Positions 1 through 20,997 are shown, numbered from the stretch's first letter. The stretch: DNA of 64,000 nt from Chrysomallon squamiferum (GCA_012295275.1 CM022678.1:18414001-18478000); one strand, 5' to 3'. Program-made: numbers and translations. The notes: a model not told the origin generated them from the letters alone.

Positions 1-25
1 TTAGTCTTTAAATAACAAAACTCAC

Positions 26-1863
<1,838 letters not shown>

Positions 1864-2501
1864 TTCCTTCTGTCTTTGCTTGTTGTCAACGTGAATAAAA
1901 CTCCACTGACTAAATTTTTATTTTAAACTGTATTTCAGTGACAACTGAATAATAAAATACTGAAACAATTCAGGTGACTGGTTCAAACGACGATTTTGTG
2001 ATGTAGGAAAATGTAAATAAGCTTGTAAATTTATTATGCTCTTATTATTATATACAACTGGGAGAACAGAATTACGAAGTTCACGCTTTGCTTGACGAAA
2101 CGGTCTGATGTTTGTCAGAAGGGACTTTGTAAATCAATATACGACGCAAAAGAAAACAATAACAGAATTTCAAATATTCCTGAATGTTTGTTTGATTGAG
2201 TTATCAGCCGAAGATTCAGTTACAATTTTCGCAGATAGCACGGTTACCTGATGTTTTGTTGGATCAAAAAATTACTAGACAGCTAATACAATGCTTGATT
2301 TGTTTATAACACACCTTAGCAAGAAGTCATGAATATTTGAAATGTTTTTTTTTAATCCAGTGTACCTTCTCTATTGATTTTGGCTATCTCTTTTTTGAAT
2401 CGTATTTTATTTATACTTGTCTATGTCGGGTGTTTTATTTTATTTTATTTTATTTTATTTTATTTATTTATTTATTATTAATATTATTATTATTATTTTT
2501 A

Positions 2502-2571
<70 letters not shown>

Positions 2572-4527
2572 CATCATTATTATTATTATTATTGTTCATG
2601 ACATCATTTTCTTTCTTTAAATGTTAACCTGTGTTTGCATTTCAGTCAATGATGGAAATCAGTTTAGGAAGTAAGATACGCTTAGCAATGAGTGTATTTT
2701 ATGAGTTCCCTCGGGACATTTTTAGATGTTATTTTTATTTGTTTGTTTGTTCATTTGTTTGTTTGTTTGTTTGTTTGTCGATTGATTGATTTATCTATGA
2801 ATAAAACTGTGCAGGTCGTTTATTAGATCAGATATAACTGATAAATCTTGAATTATCTTTTATAACGGTAATCGTGGCTATCGTATAACTTCTAATTTAA
2901 GAGACTGTGAAAGAATCTAAATACAGTAAGTCTATTTTACTACAGAGAAAGGGATTTTATATTAAAACTACGCAACAGCAACATTAATCAGATACGTAGC
3001 GATTTATTGAGACCAGCATAACCACCTACCTAGTTTCCCAGGATGTTTTTGCTATTTGACAAAATAATATATGGGTATTTTTCGTTCATCTCTTAATGTT
3101 TGATGTTTTCAAATAGAGGAGAATGAAACGGCAAACGCAAGGAGGCAAATGGAACCGTGAATTAAAATATTTTATTTACAGTTAAGGATAGACCACTCTG
3201 ATAAACGAAATAGGTAAAACCCACTACTTTATTTGTTGGACTGTTCTGTCCAAGAGCACAAAAATATGTTTTTTAAGAATCATCTATTAAACAGGCTGTT
3301 ATATAACACAGCGTGTCTTACACATAGTGTACTGGCTGGAACGAGAAAAATCTCAATGGATTCCTGAAATAATAATTAGTTCATATTAAGTTGCTTTTCT
3401 ATTATCCCTAAACAACAAAACAAAGATTATATTCATGTGAATAATAAAATTTATTTCGTATTCAAAATAAATGAAACATTCTTTAACTTCAAGGAATTTT
3501 CTCTTTTTATAAAGTAGTAATAACATATTATAGAAATAACAGTTAGTGATATAAAAAGACTGCATATTATGAAATTAATGAACATGTTCTGTATTCACGT
3601 TTTGTAATCAAATAAAATACAGTAAGTAAATAAATGTCAAAATAGAAATAATAATAATAACAAAAAGAAAGAAGTGATGATGAATAAAATTATTATGATA
3701 AACCTTTTTCTTTTTCTTGTTATTTCTTTATCTGTTATAATTATTTTCTTTAACTTATATTTCGTCATCATTATCAACATCATTAATATGATCTTTATTT
3801 TGCCGTTCTAAACGTCAGTAAATTGTGAAATAACGATTATGACAAAAAATATGGATCGAGTTATATTTATGACGTCATACTTTACAATGGTAGAATCATA
3901 ATTGTAAATGCTTCATTGATGAACAGATCATATATAACTAGACAACACATGCACATACACACAGACACAGAAATAATAAATCAAGCCTTAAGACTTCGGA
4001 TAAACTTCAGTAACATAATCAAGAATGTCAAGTGACGTACTATGTTTATGACGTCATACATTATTACAGAATCCTTGTCAACAAGGAAAGAGACATATAG
4101 AAGACAAGATATAGTACCACTACTATAACCATGTCGACAGTAAAACTATTCTCATTAAGAAAAATGTCTTTCTGTAAACTGCTGATGTCATTGTTGACTC
4201 TATTCTGTCGCAGTTTTCAGAATTTGCTATGATCAGGCACCAATAAAAACTATTGTCGATATTTTCATCACAGATTTATCTGATCCTGTAGGAGTACAAT
4301 CCAGAAACACGCTTTTCTCAACGCGTTCAAAAAATTGGTCAGTTATTCTGAAATCTTTAGCGTTTAGATCAATTGTTTTTAAAGGTAAGATCAGACAGTC
4401 TGGGTAAATGACGTAAAACAGTAAACATCAAAGCTCATTGTAATGACACAAGAGTTACGTAAGTGTGCCTGAAACGTCACCAATATACGTTTCTGACGTC
4501 ATTTCATAGAAAGATTAGAAACAGTTT

Positions 4528-6897
4528 TTAGTGAAATGAACATTGAGTGTTTTGAAGTAAGGGTTTTCGTTGATAAAAGACCCAAGGCTGCAGCTGTGTT
4601 GACGTTGGAACGGGAAAAGACACAAGATGACACTGTTGTGTTGTGTTTAAGTAATTGAATCCAAAACAAGTAGGACTGCCGTTACACATCAGTGAACACT
4701 GCTGTTTTGTAAATATTCCTTCTATCTGAGCAGACGGCGAAAACATCAGTCCAAAGTTTCCGTGAAAAGTAGAAGCTGATGATGAAAAAAATTAAAAGTT
4801 CAAAATCTCTCATAAAGAACAACAGCAAAAACAGATAAAACAACATAAAACAGCATCACCAAAAACAACAAAATCAAATAAAAAATAAATTATACTAAAC
4901 AACAACAAAGAGACAATTAAAAAGACAAAAAAGAGCAGCAACAACAACAACTACAAAAGTAAAAAAGTAGAAACAACAACAACAAAAAAAGAAAAAAAGA
5001 ATCAAAAACATACAGAATCAAAAGAAAATAATGTTCTACATACTAATTAAAGAAACAAACAAACGGAAACAAATAAATAAATTACAAATAATTTAAATGA
5101 AATAATTATAAAATAACACTCACTTTCAGACACAAATGCACAAATATAAAATAAAATAAAAAGAAATATATAAACTAAAACACCAGTAAAATAAGATAAT
5201 ACATTTTTAAATAAAAGTAACACGGAAACGAATCATCAAAAACTCAAATATCTACCAGTAACATTTTAGAAAAAACTACTTGAGCAATTAAATCTTCTGA
5301 GTTATTAAAGCCTATCCTTTTCTTTTTATATTTTATTCTTTAAATAATAAAACTCACAGGAATATTTGGCGTCACAACCAAACACCATCACTTCACAAAG
5401 CGTTAGAAAACCTTGAGGAAGAAATATTTTTACGTATCTCGCAGGTGTTACGTTGTCGCAGTGAAGAGAGATTGTCTCCCCGTTTGCCACTGGTTCAGTG
5501 TAAGTGATACACTCACTGGGGGCGCTGTTTTCAACGTACGTGAATATAGTGAAGTTTCGTAATCTGTCACCTGTTGTGAAGCAGAAGAAGAAAAGTAGAA
5601 GACATAAAATAAAATAAATAAATAAAAACACAAATACATAAATTAATACATAAATTAATAAATAAATAAATAATTAATTAAATAAATTGATAAACCGAAT
5701 ATTACTACTACTACTAGTACTGTTACTAATATTGTTACTATGACAACTACTGCTGTTACTACAACTGCTACTGCTAATGCTACCACTACTACTAAGAATA
5801 ATATAGAGATACTAGTACTAGTATTAATATTAAAACTACAGCTAATGTTTCTTTTATTTTCATTATTATTTCTATGACCGAAACAATAGGCATTTATTCT
5901 CAGACTATGTTATTTCATTATCATACTGTATTATTAGGAAAACCTATATAAAAACTCTAAATCAAGTGTTTATTTATTTTATGTTTAAACTTTGTACTGA
6001 TTGTGAGCCTCATTTAGAAGCACGTAACACTAAGTATGTTGGATATTTCTTCATAATTGATATTTGCTCTTTAAGACTTTAATTGTAGCAAAGGTTGAGG
6101 CTTAATTACAAAATAGATTCATTCGTTTTATATATAAATATAATAATAATAATAATAATAACAATAATAATATTAAAAATAGACTGTATTGTTAGTAAAG
6201 ACTTACCACAGCAGTCTCCACGGTTGACAATAGAAATCGTCTGAATGAAATAAAACCCGAGCAAGTCTACCTCCCACCATTGGTTGTTAGTGTAGCGTGT
6301 GTGGGTACATGACCAGGACTTATAATTTCGATTTGTGATGCCGTCCACGGCGTATTCAGACGACGGAGTAAAGTTTCGATGAAGATCAGGAAAGGACGAC
6401 GACTGTTGTGTTGGTTTTCTCAAAGCCAGATTAGTCGAGCCAAAAGCTAAAGAAAACACACAAACAAACACAAAAATTAAAAACAATAATTGAAAAAAAA
6501 AAATAATAATAACAGAAAAATTAATATAAAAAACAAAACAAAACAAACAACAAATGAAATAAAAATTAGAAAACATAAGTGAATAAGTAAATAAATGAAT
6601 TAATAAAAGTAGAAAAAAAAAAGAAAAAAAGAAACAACGAAAGAAAAGTAATTAGTAAATAAATATAATTATGAAACAGAAAAGAAAACAGAATTAATTA
6701 GAAGTAGCATTAATAATTAATAATATAGACTACAGTAGTAGCTGTGGAAGTAGTAATAGTAATATTAGTAATAGTAGCAGTAGTAACTGTAAAGCAGTGT
6801 ATGAAGTGGTAGTATTATAGTATTAGTGAGAATTACAATACTAGTATTAGGAGTAGCAGCAGCAGAAGCAGTTGTAGTATTAAGCGTATCAGTGTTG

Positions 6898-6990
<93 letters not shown>

Positions 6991-7073
6991 CTTTTTAAAG
7001 TTTATTTCTTACCGTAAATGAAAACAGTACAGGCCCAGGCTGTTAATAATTTGAACAAGAAAAAATCCTTCAT
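4528..7073 (-). CDS. Signal peptide + F-type lectin domain + PAN/apple-like domain protein, copy B (253 aa)
   Basis: Exons 7073-7013, 6446-6207, 5570-5358, 4775-4528 (61+240+213+248 = 762 bp, open frame). GT-AG phase-1 introns. H-X26-RGDCCGDR motif. Last exon has CSLMCNGSPTCFGFNY...CHL, a PAN/apple cysteine pattern. Confidence 0.92.
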
Positions 7074-7653
7074 TTCCTTCTGTCTTTGCTTGTTGTCAAC
7101 GTGAATAAAACTCCACTGACTAAATTTTATTTAAACTGTATTTCAGTGACAACTGAATAATTAAATACTGAAACGATTCAGATCACTGGCTCATACGACG
7201 ATTTTGTGTTGTAGGAAAATGTAACTAAGCTTGTAAATTTATTATGGTATTATTATTACTTACAGCTGGGAGAACAGAATTACGAAATTCACGCTTTCCT
7301 CCACGGAACGGTCTGATATTTGTCAGAAGGGATTTGGGAGATCAATATACAACCTAAAATAAAACAACATATTTCAAATATTCATGTATGTTTGTTTGAT
7401 TGAGTTATCAGCCGAAGATTCAGTTACAATTTTCGCAGATAGCACGGTTACCTGATGTTTTGCTGGATCAAAAAATTACTAGACTGCTATTACAATGTTT
7501 GATTTGTTTATAAAACAGCTTAGCAAGAAGTCATGAATATTTGAAATGTTTTTTTTAATCCAATGTACTTTCTCTACTGATTTTGGCTATCTCTTTTTTG
7601 AATCGTATTTTATTTATATTTGTCTATATAGTGTATTTTATTTTATTTTATTT

Positions 7654-7729
<76 letters not shown>

Positions 7730-9957
7730 TGACATCATTTTCGTTCTTTAAATGTTAACCTGTGTTTGTATTTCAGTCAATGATGGAAATCAGTTTAGGA
7801 AGTAAGATACGCTTAGCAATGAGTGTATTTTATGAGTTCCTTCGGGACATGTTTGGATGTTATTTTTATTTATTTGTTTGTTTGTTTGTTCGTTTGTTTG
7901 TTTGTTTGTCGATTGATTGATTTATTTATTAATAAAACTGTGCAGGTCGTTTATTAGATCAGATATAACTGATAAATATTGAATTATCTTTTATAACGGT
8001 AATCGTGGCTATCGTATAACTTCTAATTTAAGAGACTAAAAAAATCTAAATACAGTAAGTCGATTTTACTACAGAGAAAGGGATTTTATATTAAAACAAC
8101 GCAACAGCAACACTAATCAGATATGTAGCGATTTACTGAGACCAGCATAACCACCTACCTAGTTTCCCAGCATGTTTTTTCTATTTGACAAAATAATATA
8201 TGCGTATTTTTCTTTCATCTCTTAATGTCTGATGTTTTCAAACAGTGGAGAATGAAACGGCAAACGCAAGGAGGCAATGGAACCATCAAGTAAAATATTT
8301 TATTTACAATTAACGATAGACCACTCTGATAAACGAAACAGGTAAAACCCACTACTTTATTTGTTGGACTGTTCTGTCCAAAAGCACAAAAATATCTTTT
8401 TTGAGAATCATCTACTAAACAGACTCTTATATAACACAGCGTGTCTTGCACATAGTGTACTGGCTGGAGCGAGAAAAATCTCAATGGATACCAGAAATAA
8501 TAATTACTTGATATTAAGCTGCTTTTCTATTATCCCTGAACAACAAAACAAAGATGATATTCATATCAATAATAAAATTTATTTCATAATCAAAATAAAT
8601 GAAACATTCTTTTTCTTCAGGGAATTTTTTGTCTTTTTATAAAGTAGCAATAACATAATATACAAATAACAGTTAGTGATATAAAAAGACTGGATATTAT
8701 GAAATTAATGAACATGTTCTGTACTCACGTTCTGTAATCAAATAAAATAAAGTAAGTAAATAAATGTCAAAATAGAAATTATAATAATAACAAAAAGAAA
8801 GAAGTGATGATGAATAAAATTATTATGATAAACCTTTTTCTTTTTCTTGTTATTTCTTTATCTGTTTTAATTATTTTCTTTAACTTATATTTCGTCATCA
8901 TCATCAACATTATTAATGTGATCTTTATTTTGTCGTTCTGAAAGTCAGTAAATTGTGAAATAACGATTATGACAAAAAACATGGATCGAGTTATATTTAT
9001 GACGTCATATTTTACAATGGTAGAACGATAATTTTAAATGCTTCGTTGATGAACAGATCATATATAACTAGACAACACAGTCACATACACACACAAACAG
9101 AAATAATAAATGAAGCCTTAAGACTTCGGATAAACTTCAGTAACAAAATCAAGAGTGTCAAGTGACGTACTATGTTTATGACGTCATACATTATAACAGA
9201 ATCCTAGGTCAACAAGGAAAGAGACATACAGAAGACAAGATATAGTAACACTACTACAACCATGTCGACAGTAAAACTATTCTCTTTAAGAAAAATGTCT
9301 TTCTGTAAACTGCTGATGTCATTGTTGACTCTATTCCGTCGAAGTTTTCAGAACCGCTAATTCATCTGTTGATATTTTAGAAATTGCTGCGCGATATAAA
9401 AATAAATACGTGAGATGGAAAAAGATGTTGGAGTGAAAGAAAATATCAAGAAAAGAAAACAAAAACAAACAAATACCAGTAGTAACAATAAGAAGAACAA
9501 AACTAAGAACAACAACAACAAAAAAAAATAATAATAAAATAATAATAATAATAATAATAGAAAAAATAAATTTAATAATAATAATTATTAGTTGTTGGGT
9601 TAATGTTATTAATCCTAGCTGCATTTACGAGTTCATTTATCCACAAAAGACGTTTGCTATGATCAGGCAGCAATTAAAACCATTGTCGATATTTTCATCA
9701 CAGATTTACGTGATACTGTACGAGTACAATCCAGAAACAGGCTTTTCTCAACGCGATAAAAAAATTGGTCAGTTATTCTGAAATCTTTAGCGTTTCGATA
9801 AATTGAGTTTAGAGGCAAGATCAGACAGTCTGGGTAAATGACGTAAAACAGTAAAAATCAAAATTCATTGTAATGACAAAAGAGTTACGTAAGTCTGCCT
9901 GCAACGTCACCGATATACGTTTCTGACGTCATTTCCGAGAAAGATTGGAAACAGTTT

Positions 9958-13996
<4,039 letters not shown>

Positions 13997-15858
13997 TTCC
14001 TTCTGTCTTTGCTTGTTGTCAACGTGAATAAAACTCGACAGACTAAATTTTTATTTTAAACTGTATTTCAGTGACAATTGAATAATAAAATACTGAAACG
14101 ATTCAGATCACTGGCTCATACGACGATTTTGTGTTGTAGGAAAATGTAACTAAGCTTGTCAATTTATTATGCTATTATTATTACTTACAACTGGGAGAAC
14201 AGAATTACAAAGTTCACGCTTTCGTTGACGAAACGGTCTGCTATTTGTCAGAAGGGACTTAGTAAATCAATATACGAAGCAAAATAAAACAATAACAAAA
14301 TTTCAAATATTCATGAATATTTCTTTGATTGAATGAGTAGCCGAAGATTTAGTTACTATTTTCGCAGATAGCACGGTTCCCTTATGTTTTGTTGGATCAA
14401 AAAATCACTAGATAGCTAATACAATGTTTCATTTGTTTACAACACACTGCAACAAGAAGCCATGAATATTTGAAATGTTTTATTATCTAATCTACTTTCT
14501 CTATTGATATCGCCCATCCCTTTTATGACCATTGTTTTTTTTATTTTTGTCTGTGTCAGGAATTTTATTATTATTATTTTTTTTATTATCATTTTTTTTT
14601 TTGGTTATAATTATTGTTCATGACATCATTTTCATTCTTTATATGTTAACCTGTGTTTATATTGCCGTTTAATTGCTGATGTCGTACTGACGTAACAAAA
14701 ATTACAGCAACAACAACTACTACTATTATTGCTACTGTTACTACTGCTACTGTTACTACTATTAGTACCACCACAATACCAGTCTATTACTACAACTACT
14801 ACAACTGCTACAACTACTACAGCTGCTACTACTATTACTATTCCTCTGCTACCACCACTACTGCTATCATTACAATAACAATGGCTACTACTACTGCAGT
14901 TACAAAAACCACAACATCAACTACTGTTAGTTCTTACATTATTATTACTGCTACTGTTAAAGTGACAGATATAACAACAACAACTACTACTACTGCAACA
15001 TTGACTACAACAACATAACGATTAACATAGCAACACTATCACGACAGCAGATGAACAACAACAACGATGTCATTTATCTACATTGAAAGCAATTATTATT
15101 ACCGCTTGAACTACAACAACGTCAACAACAACTACTGCTGCTGCTGCTAACTTAAAAGCAATAATAATACCGTAGTCACTACACAATTATAGCGACAACA
15201 CCTACGATTGTTCTGTTACTACAACCATGTCGAAGTAAAACTATTCTCTTTAAGAAAAATGTCTTTCTGTAAACTGCTGAAGTGATTGTTGACTCTATTC
15301 TGTCGCAGTTTTCAGAACCGCTAATTCATCTGTCGACATTTTAGAAATTGCTGCGCGATATAAAAATAAATAGATGAGGTGGAAAAAGATGTGGGAGTGA
15401 AAGAAAATAAAACAAAAACAAACAAATACCAGTACTAACAATAAGAAGAACAAAAGTAAGTAAAAAAAAAAAAAATAAAAATTGGTAAAAATAATTATTA
15501 GTTGTTGGGTTAGTGTTATTACTCCTAGTTGCATTTCCGAATTCATTAACCACAAAAACCATAATCAGGCAGCAATTAAAACCATCGTCGATATTTTCAT
15601 CACAGATTTATGTGATTGGGTACGAGTACAATCCAGAAAGCAGCTTTTTTAAACGCGTTAAGAAATTGATCAGTTATTCTGAAATCTTTAGCGTTTGGAT
15701 AAATTGTGCTTAGAGGCAAGATCAGACAGTCTGGGTAAATGACGTAAAACAGTAAAGATCAAAGTTCATTGTAATGACAAGAGAGTTACGTAAGTCTGAC
15801 TGCAACGTCACCGATATACTTTTCTGACGTCATTTCATAGAAAGATTGGAAACAGATT

Positions 15859-17526
15859 TTAATGAAGTGAACACTGAGTGTTTTCAAGTAAGGGTTTTCG
15901 TTCATAAAAGACCCAAGGCTGCAGCTGTGTTGACGTCGGAACGGGAAAAGACACAAGATGACATTGTTGTGTTGTGTTTAAGTAATTGAATCCAAAACAA
16001 GTAGGACTGCTATTACACATCACAGAACACTGCTGTTTTGTAAATCTTCCTTCTATCTGAGCAGACGGCGAAAACATCAGTCCAAAGTTTCCGTGAAAAG
16101 TAGAAGCTGATGATGAAAAAAATAAAAATTTCAAAATCTACCATAAACAACAACAGCAAAAACGGATAAAACAACATAAAACAGCACCACAAAAAATAAC
16201 AAAATCAAATAAAACTTAAATTATACTAAACAACAAGAAACAGTGAACTAAAAAAGAAAAAAAAAAAAAAAAAACACCAACAACAACAACAACAACAAAA
16301 GTAAAAAGGGAGAAAGAAACAACAACAAAAAACAAAGAAAAACATACAGAATCAAAACAAAATAATGTTCTGCATACTAATTAAACAAACAAACGGAAAC
16401 AAATAAATAAATTACAAATAATTTAAATTAAATAATAATAATATAACACACTCTCTCACTCACACACACCTATGCACAAATATAAAATAAAATAAAAATA
16501 GATAATTAAACAAAAACACCAGTAAAATAAGATAATACATTTTATAATAAAAATAACAAGCAAACAAAACATCAAAAAGTGGAATGTTAACCGCAACCAT
16601 TTAATAAAAAAATAAACAACAACAAACAAAAAAAAAATACTTGAGCAATTAAATCTTCTGAGTTATAAAAGCCTTTTCTTTTGTTTTTATATTTTAGTCT
16701 TTAAATAATAAAACTCACCAGAATATTTGGCGTCACAACCAAACACCATCACTTCACAAAGCGTTAGATAACCTTGAGGAAGAAATATTTTTACGTATCT
16801 CGCAGGTGTTACGTTGTCGCAGTGAAGAGAGATTGTCTCCCCGTTTGCCACTGGTTCAGTGTAAGTGATACACACACTGGGGGCGCTGTTTTCAACGTAC
16901 GTGAATATAGTGAAGTTTCGTAATCTGTCGCCTGATGTAAAGAAGAAGAAGAAAAGTAGAAGACATAAAATAAAATAAATAAATAAAAACACAAATACAT
17001 AAATAAATAAATAAATAAATTGATAAACCGAATATTACTACTACTGCTACTACTACTGCCCCTACGACTACTGCTCGTGTTTCTCCTACCAATACTAGTA
17101 CTGACACTACTACTACTGCTACTATTACTAATATTGTTACTACGACAACTACTACTATTACTACAACTGCTACTACTACTGCTACCATTACTACTAACAG
17201 TAATATACTGATACTAGTACTAATATTAATATTAAAACTAAAGCTAATATTTCTTTTATTTTTATTATTATTTCTATGACCGAGATAATAGGCATTTATT
17301 CTCAGACTATGTTATTTCATTACCATACTGTATTATTTGGAAAACCTAAATCAGGTGTTTATTTATTTTATGTTTAAACTTTGTACTGATTGTTAGCCTC
17401 AGTTAGAAGGACATAACACTAAGTATGTTGGATATTTCTTCATAATCGATATTTGTACTTTAAGACTTTAATTGTAGCAAAGGTTGAGGTGCAGTTACAA
17501 AATAGATTCATTCGTTTTTATATATA

Positions 17527-17575
<49 letters not shown>

Positions 17576-18365
17576 GGAAAAAAGAAACTGATTGTTAGTA
17601 AAGACTTACCACAGCAGTCTCCACGGTTGACAATAGAAATCGTCTGAATGAAATAAAACCCGAGCAAATCTACCTCCCACCATTGGTTGTGAGTGTAGCT
17701 TGTATGGGTACATGGCCAGGACTTATAATTTGGATTTGTGATGCCGTCCACGGCGTATTCAGACGACGGAGTAAAGTTTCGATGAAGATCAGTAAAGGAC
17801 GACGACTGTTTTGTTGGTTTTCTCAAAGCCAGATTAGTCGAGCCAAAAGCTAAAGGAAACAAACAAACCAACCAAACATTTTAAAAAAATGTTAAGAAAA
17901 AGATTAAAAAAAAAAAAAAAAAAAAAATGAATATAAATAAAAAAGAGATAAACAATGAATAAAAGAAAAATAACTGAAAAAAGTAAGAAAAAGATAATAA
18001 ATTAAAATAAATAAAAAATAAAAATAAAATGAAATATAACAAAACATAAATGAATTAATAAAATAAGAAAAAATAAGAAAAAAGAAAGAAATAAAGAAAA
18101 GTAATTAGTAAATAAATATAATTATATAACAGAAAATACAAAAAAGAAAACAGAATCAATTAGAAGTAGCATTAATAATGAATAATATAGACTATGTGGA
18201 AGTAGTAATAGTAATATTACTAGTAGTAGTAACTGTCGTAACAGTCTATAGAGTGGTAGTATTATAGTAGCAGTAATAGTATTAGTATTAGTGAGAATTA
18301 CAATAATAGTAGTAGTAGTAGCAACAGCAGAAGCAGCTGTAGTATTAAGTGTATCAGTGTCGGTA

Positions 18366-18441
<76 letters not shown>

Positions 18442-18519
18442 CAAAGTTTATTTCTTACCGTAAATGAAAAAAGTACAGGCCCAGGCTGTTAATAATTTGA
18501 ACGAGAAAAAATCCTTCAT
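15859..18519 (-). CDS. Signal peptide + F-type lectin + PAN/apple-like protein, copy D (253 aa)
   Basis: Exons 18519-18459, 17849-17610, 16931-16719, 16106-15859 (762 bp, open frame). Same motifs and phases as the other copies. Confidence 0.92.
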
Positions 18520-19275
18520 TTCCTTCTGTCTTTGCTTGTTGTCAACGTGAATAAAACTCGACTGACTAAATTTTTATTTTAAACTGTATTTCAGTGACAA
18601 CTGAATAATTAAATACTGAAACGATTCAGATCACTGGCTCATACGACGATTTTGTATTGTAGGAAAATGTAACTAAGCTTGTAAATTTATTATTCTCTTA
18701 TTATTATATACAACTGGGAGAACAGAATTACGAAATTCACGCTCTCCTCTCACGGAACGGTCTGATATTTGCCAGAAGGGATTTGAGAAATCAATATACA
18801 ACCTAAAATAAAACAACAAGTTTCAAATATTCATGAATATTTCTTTGATTGAGTTATCAGCCGAATATTCAGTTATTATTTTCTCTGATGTTTTGTTGGA
18901 TCAGAAAATCATTTGACAGCTATTACACTGTTTGATTTGTTTATAACACTTTAGCAAGTCATGAATATTTGAAGAAAAAAAATTATCCTATGTACTTTAT
19001 TGATTTCGCCTATTCCTTTTTTATATACTTGTCTGTGTCAAGTGTTTTATTTTATTTTATTTTATTTTTTATTATTATTATTATTTTATAATTATTGTTC
19101 ATGACATCATTTTCTTTCTTTAAATGTTAACCTGTGTTTGTGTTGCAGACAGTGATGGAAATCAGTTTAGGAAGTATGATACGCTTAGGGCTGAAATGAA
19201 TGTATTCTAAGTTCCGTTGTCAAATTTGAAAATATTATTCTTTATCGGTCGATCTATCTATCTATCTATCTATCT

Positions 19276-19314
<39 letters not shown>

Positions 19315-20953
19315 TTAATTAATATATTTATTAATCTTATAGTGCAGGTCGTTATTAGATGAGATACAATTGATAAATATTGAATTATGTTATAATGGTA
19401 ATCATGATATAACTTCTAATTTAAATGACTGTAAAAGAATCTAAATACAGGTTACTACAATAAGTCGATTTTACAACACAGAAAGGGATTTTATGTTAAA
19501 ACTATGCAACAGCAACATTAATCAGCTATGTACGGAGTTACCGAGATCAGCATAACCACCTAGCTAGTTTCTCAGCGTGTTTTTGCTATTTGACCAAATA
19601 ATTTCTGATGTTTTCAAACAGTGGAGAATGAAACGGCAAACGTAAGCAGATAATGGAACCATGAATTAAAATAGTTTATTTACAATTAAGGACAGACCAC
19701 TCTGATAAACGAAAAAGATCAAACCCACTGTTGTATTTGATGGACTGTTCTGTCCAACAAGCACCACAATATGTTTTATAGAATCATCTACTAAACAGGA
19801 TGCTTTCTAACACAGCCTGTCTTACACACAGTGTACTGGCTGGAACGATCTCATATACAATTATCTCATATTAAGATGCTTTTCTAGTATTCCTAAACAA
19901 CAAAACAAAGATGATATTCATGTCAATAATAAAATTTATTTCATATTCAAAATAAATGGAACATTTTTTACTTCATGGAATTTTCTGTTTTTAGAAAGTA
20001 GTAATAACATATTATACAAGTAACTGTTCCTGATATAAAAATACTGAATAAAATTATTATGATAAACTTTTTTCTCTTTCTCAGTGTTTCTATACCTGTT
20101 ATTATTATCTTCTTTAAGTTATATTTCATCATCATCATCATTATTATTTTTATTTTTTTACCGTTTTGAAATTCAGTAAATTCTGAAATAACGATTATGA
20201 CAAAAAATATGGATCGAGATATATTTATGACGTCATACTTTACAATGGTAGGAACAAAATTTTAGATGCTTCCTTGTGGAAAAGACAATATATAACTAGA
20301 CAACACATGCACATACACACACAGAAAGAACAAATCAAGCCTTAAGACTTCGGATAAACTTCAGTAACAGAATCAAGAGTGGCAAGTGACGTACAATGTT
20401 TATGACGTCATACATTATAACAGAATCCTAGGTCAACTAGGAAAGAGACACACAGAACACAAGATATAGTAACATGTTTTTGAACTGTGTAACATGTCTT
20501 ATACGATGTTTATGTCGTCAGATATTACAAAATACGGTTGTTCTAAATAGATATAATTCTAAACTTGTTTAAAAGACAAAACAGACTGTTTTAGAAACCT
20601 CAACAGTTAAAAAATATATCAAACTAGATTCAATGAACAGAAATGTTAACAAAACAAGGAAAATAAATCGGTAACAAGACAGCTGAGAGAGATAAATAAA
20701 ACAAAACAAACAAAAACAAAGAGAACTAATTCAGTGTATATTACTTATTGCTTCAAAAAAAAAAAAAAATAATAATAAAAAAAAAATAAAAAAAAATAAA
20801 ATAAAATAAATAAATAAAATAAAAAAAATAAAAATTATTTTTAATTGCTTTCAGATTTTAAACTTCGTGTTTGATACAAAAGTTATAATCTTTCTTCAAG
20901 CAATTTTATGAGTGTGGGAAAAGGTATAATACGAACAAAAAACTACAAATAAA

Positions 20954-20997
<44 letters not shown>

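Noticed and set aside
8361-8642. 93-aa plus-strand ORF in the spacer
   Set aside because: Interrupted by stops or indels in the homologous copies near 3235 and 19740; no recognisable domain.
9331-9624. Repeated ORF tail RAAISKISTDELAVLKT (also 15295-15555) as an extra lectin exon
   Set aside because: Lies downstream of the lectin stop codon and is partly deleted in the flank of B; similarity is explained by the segmental duplication.
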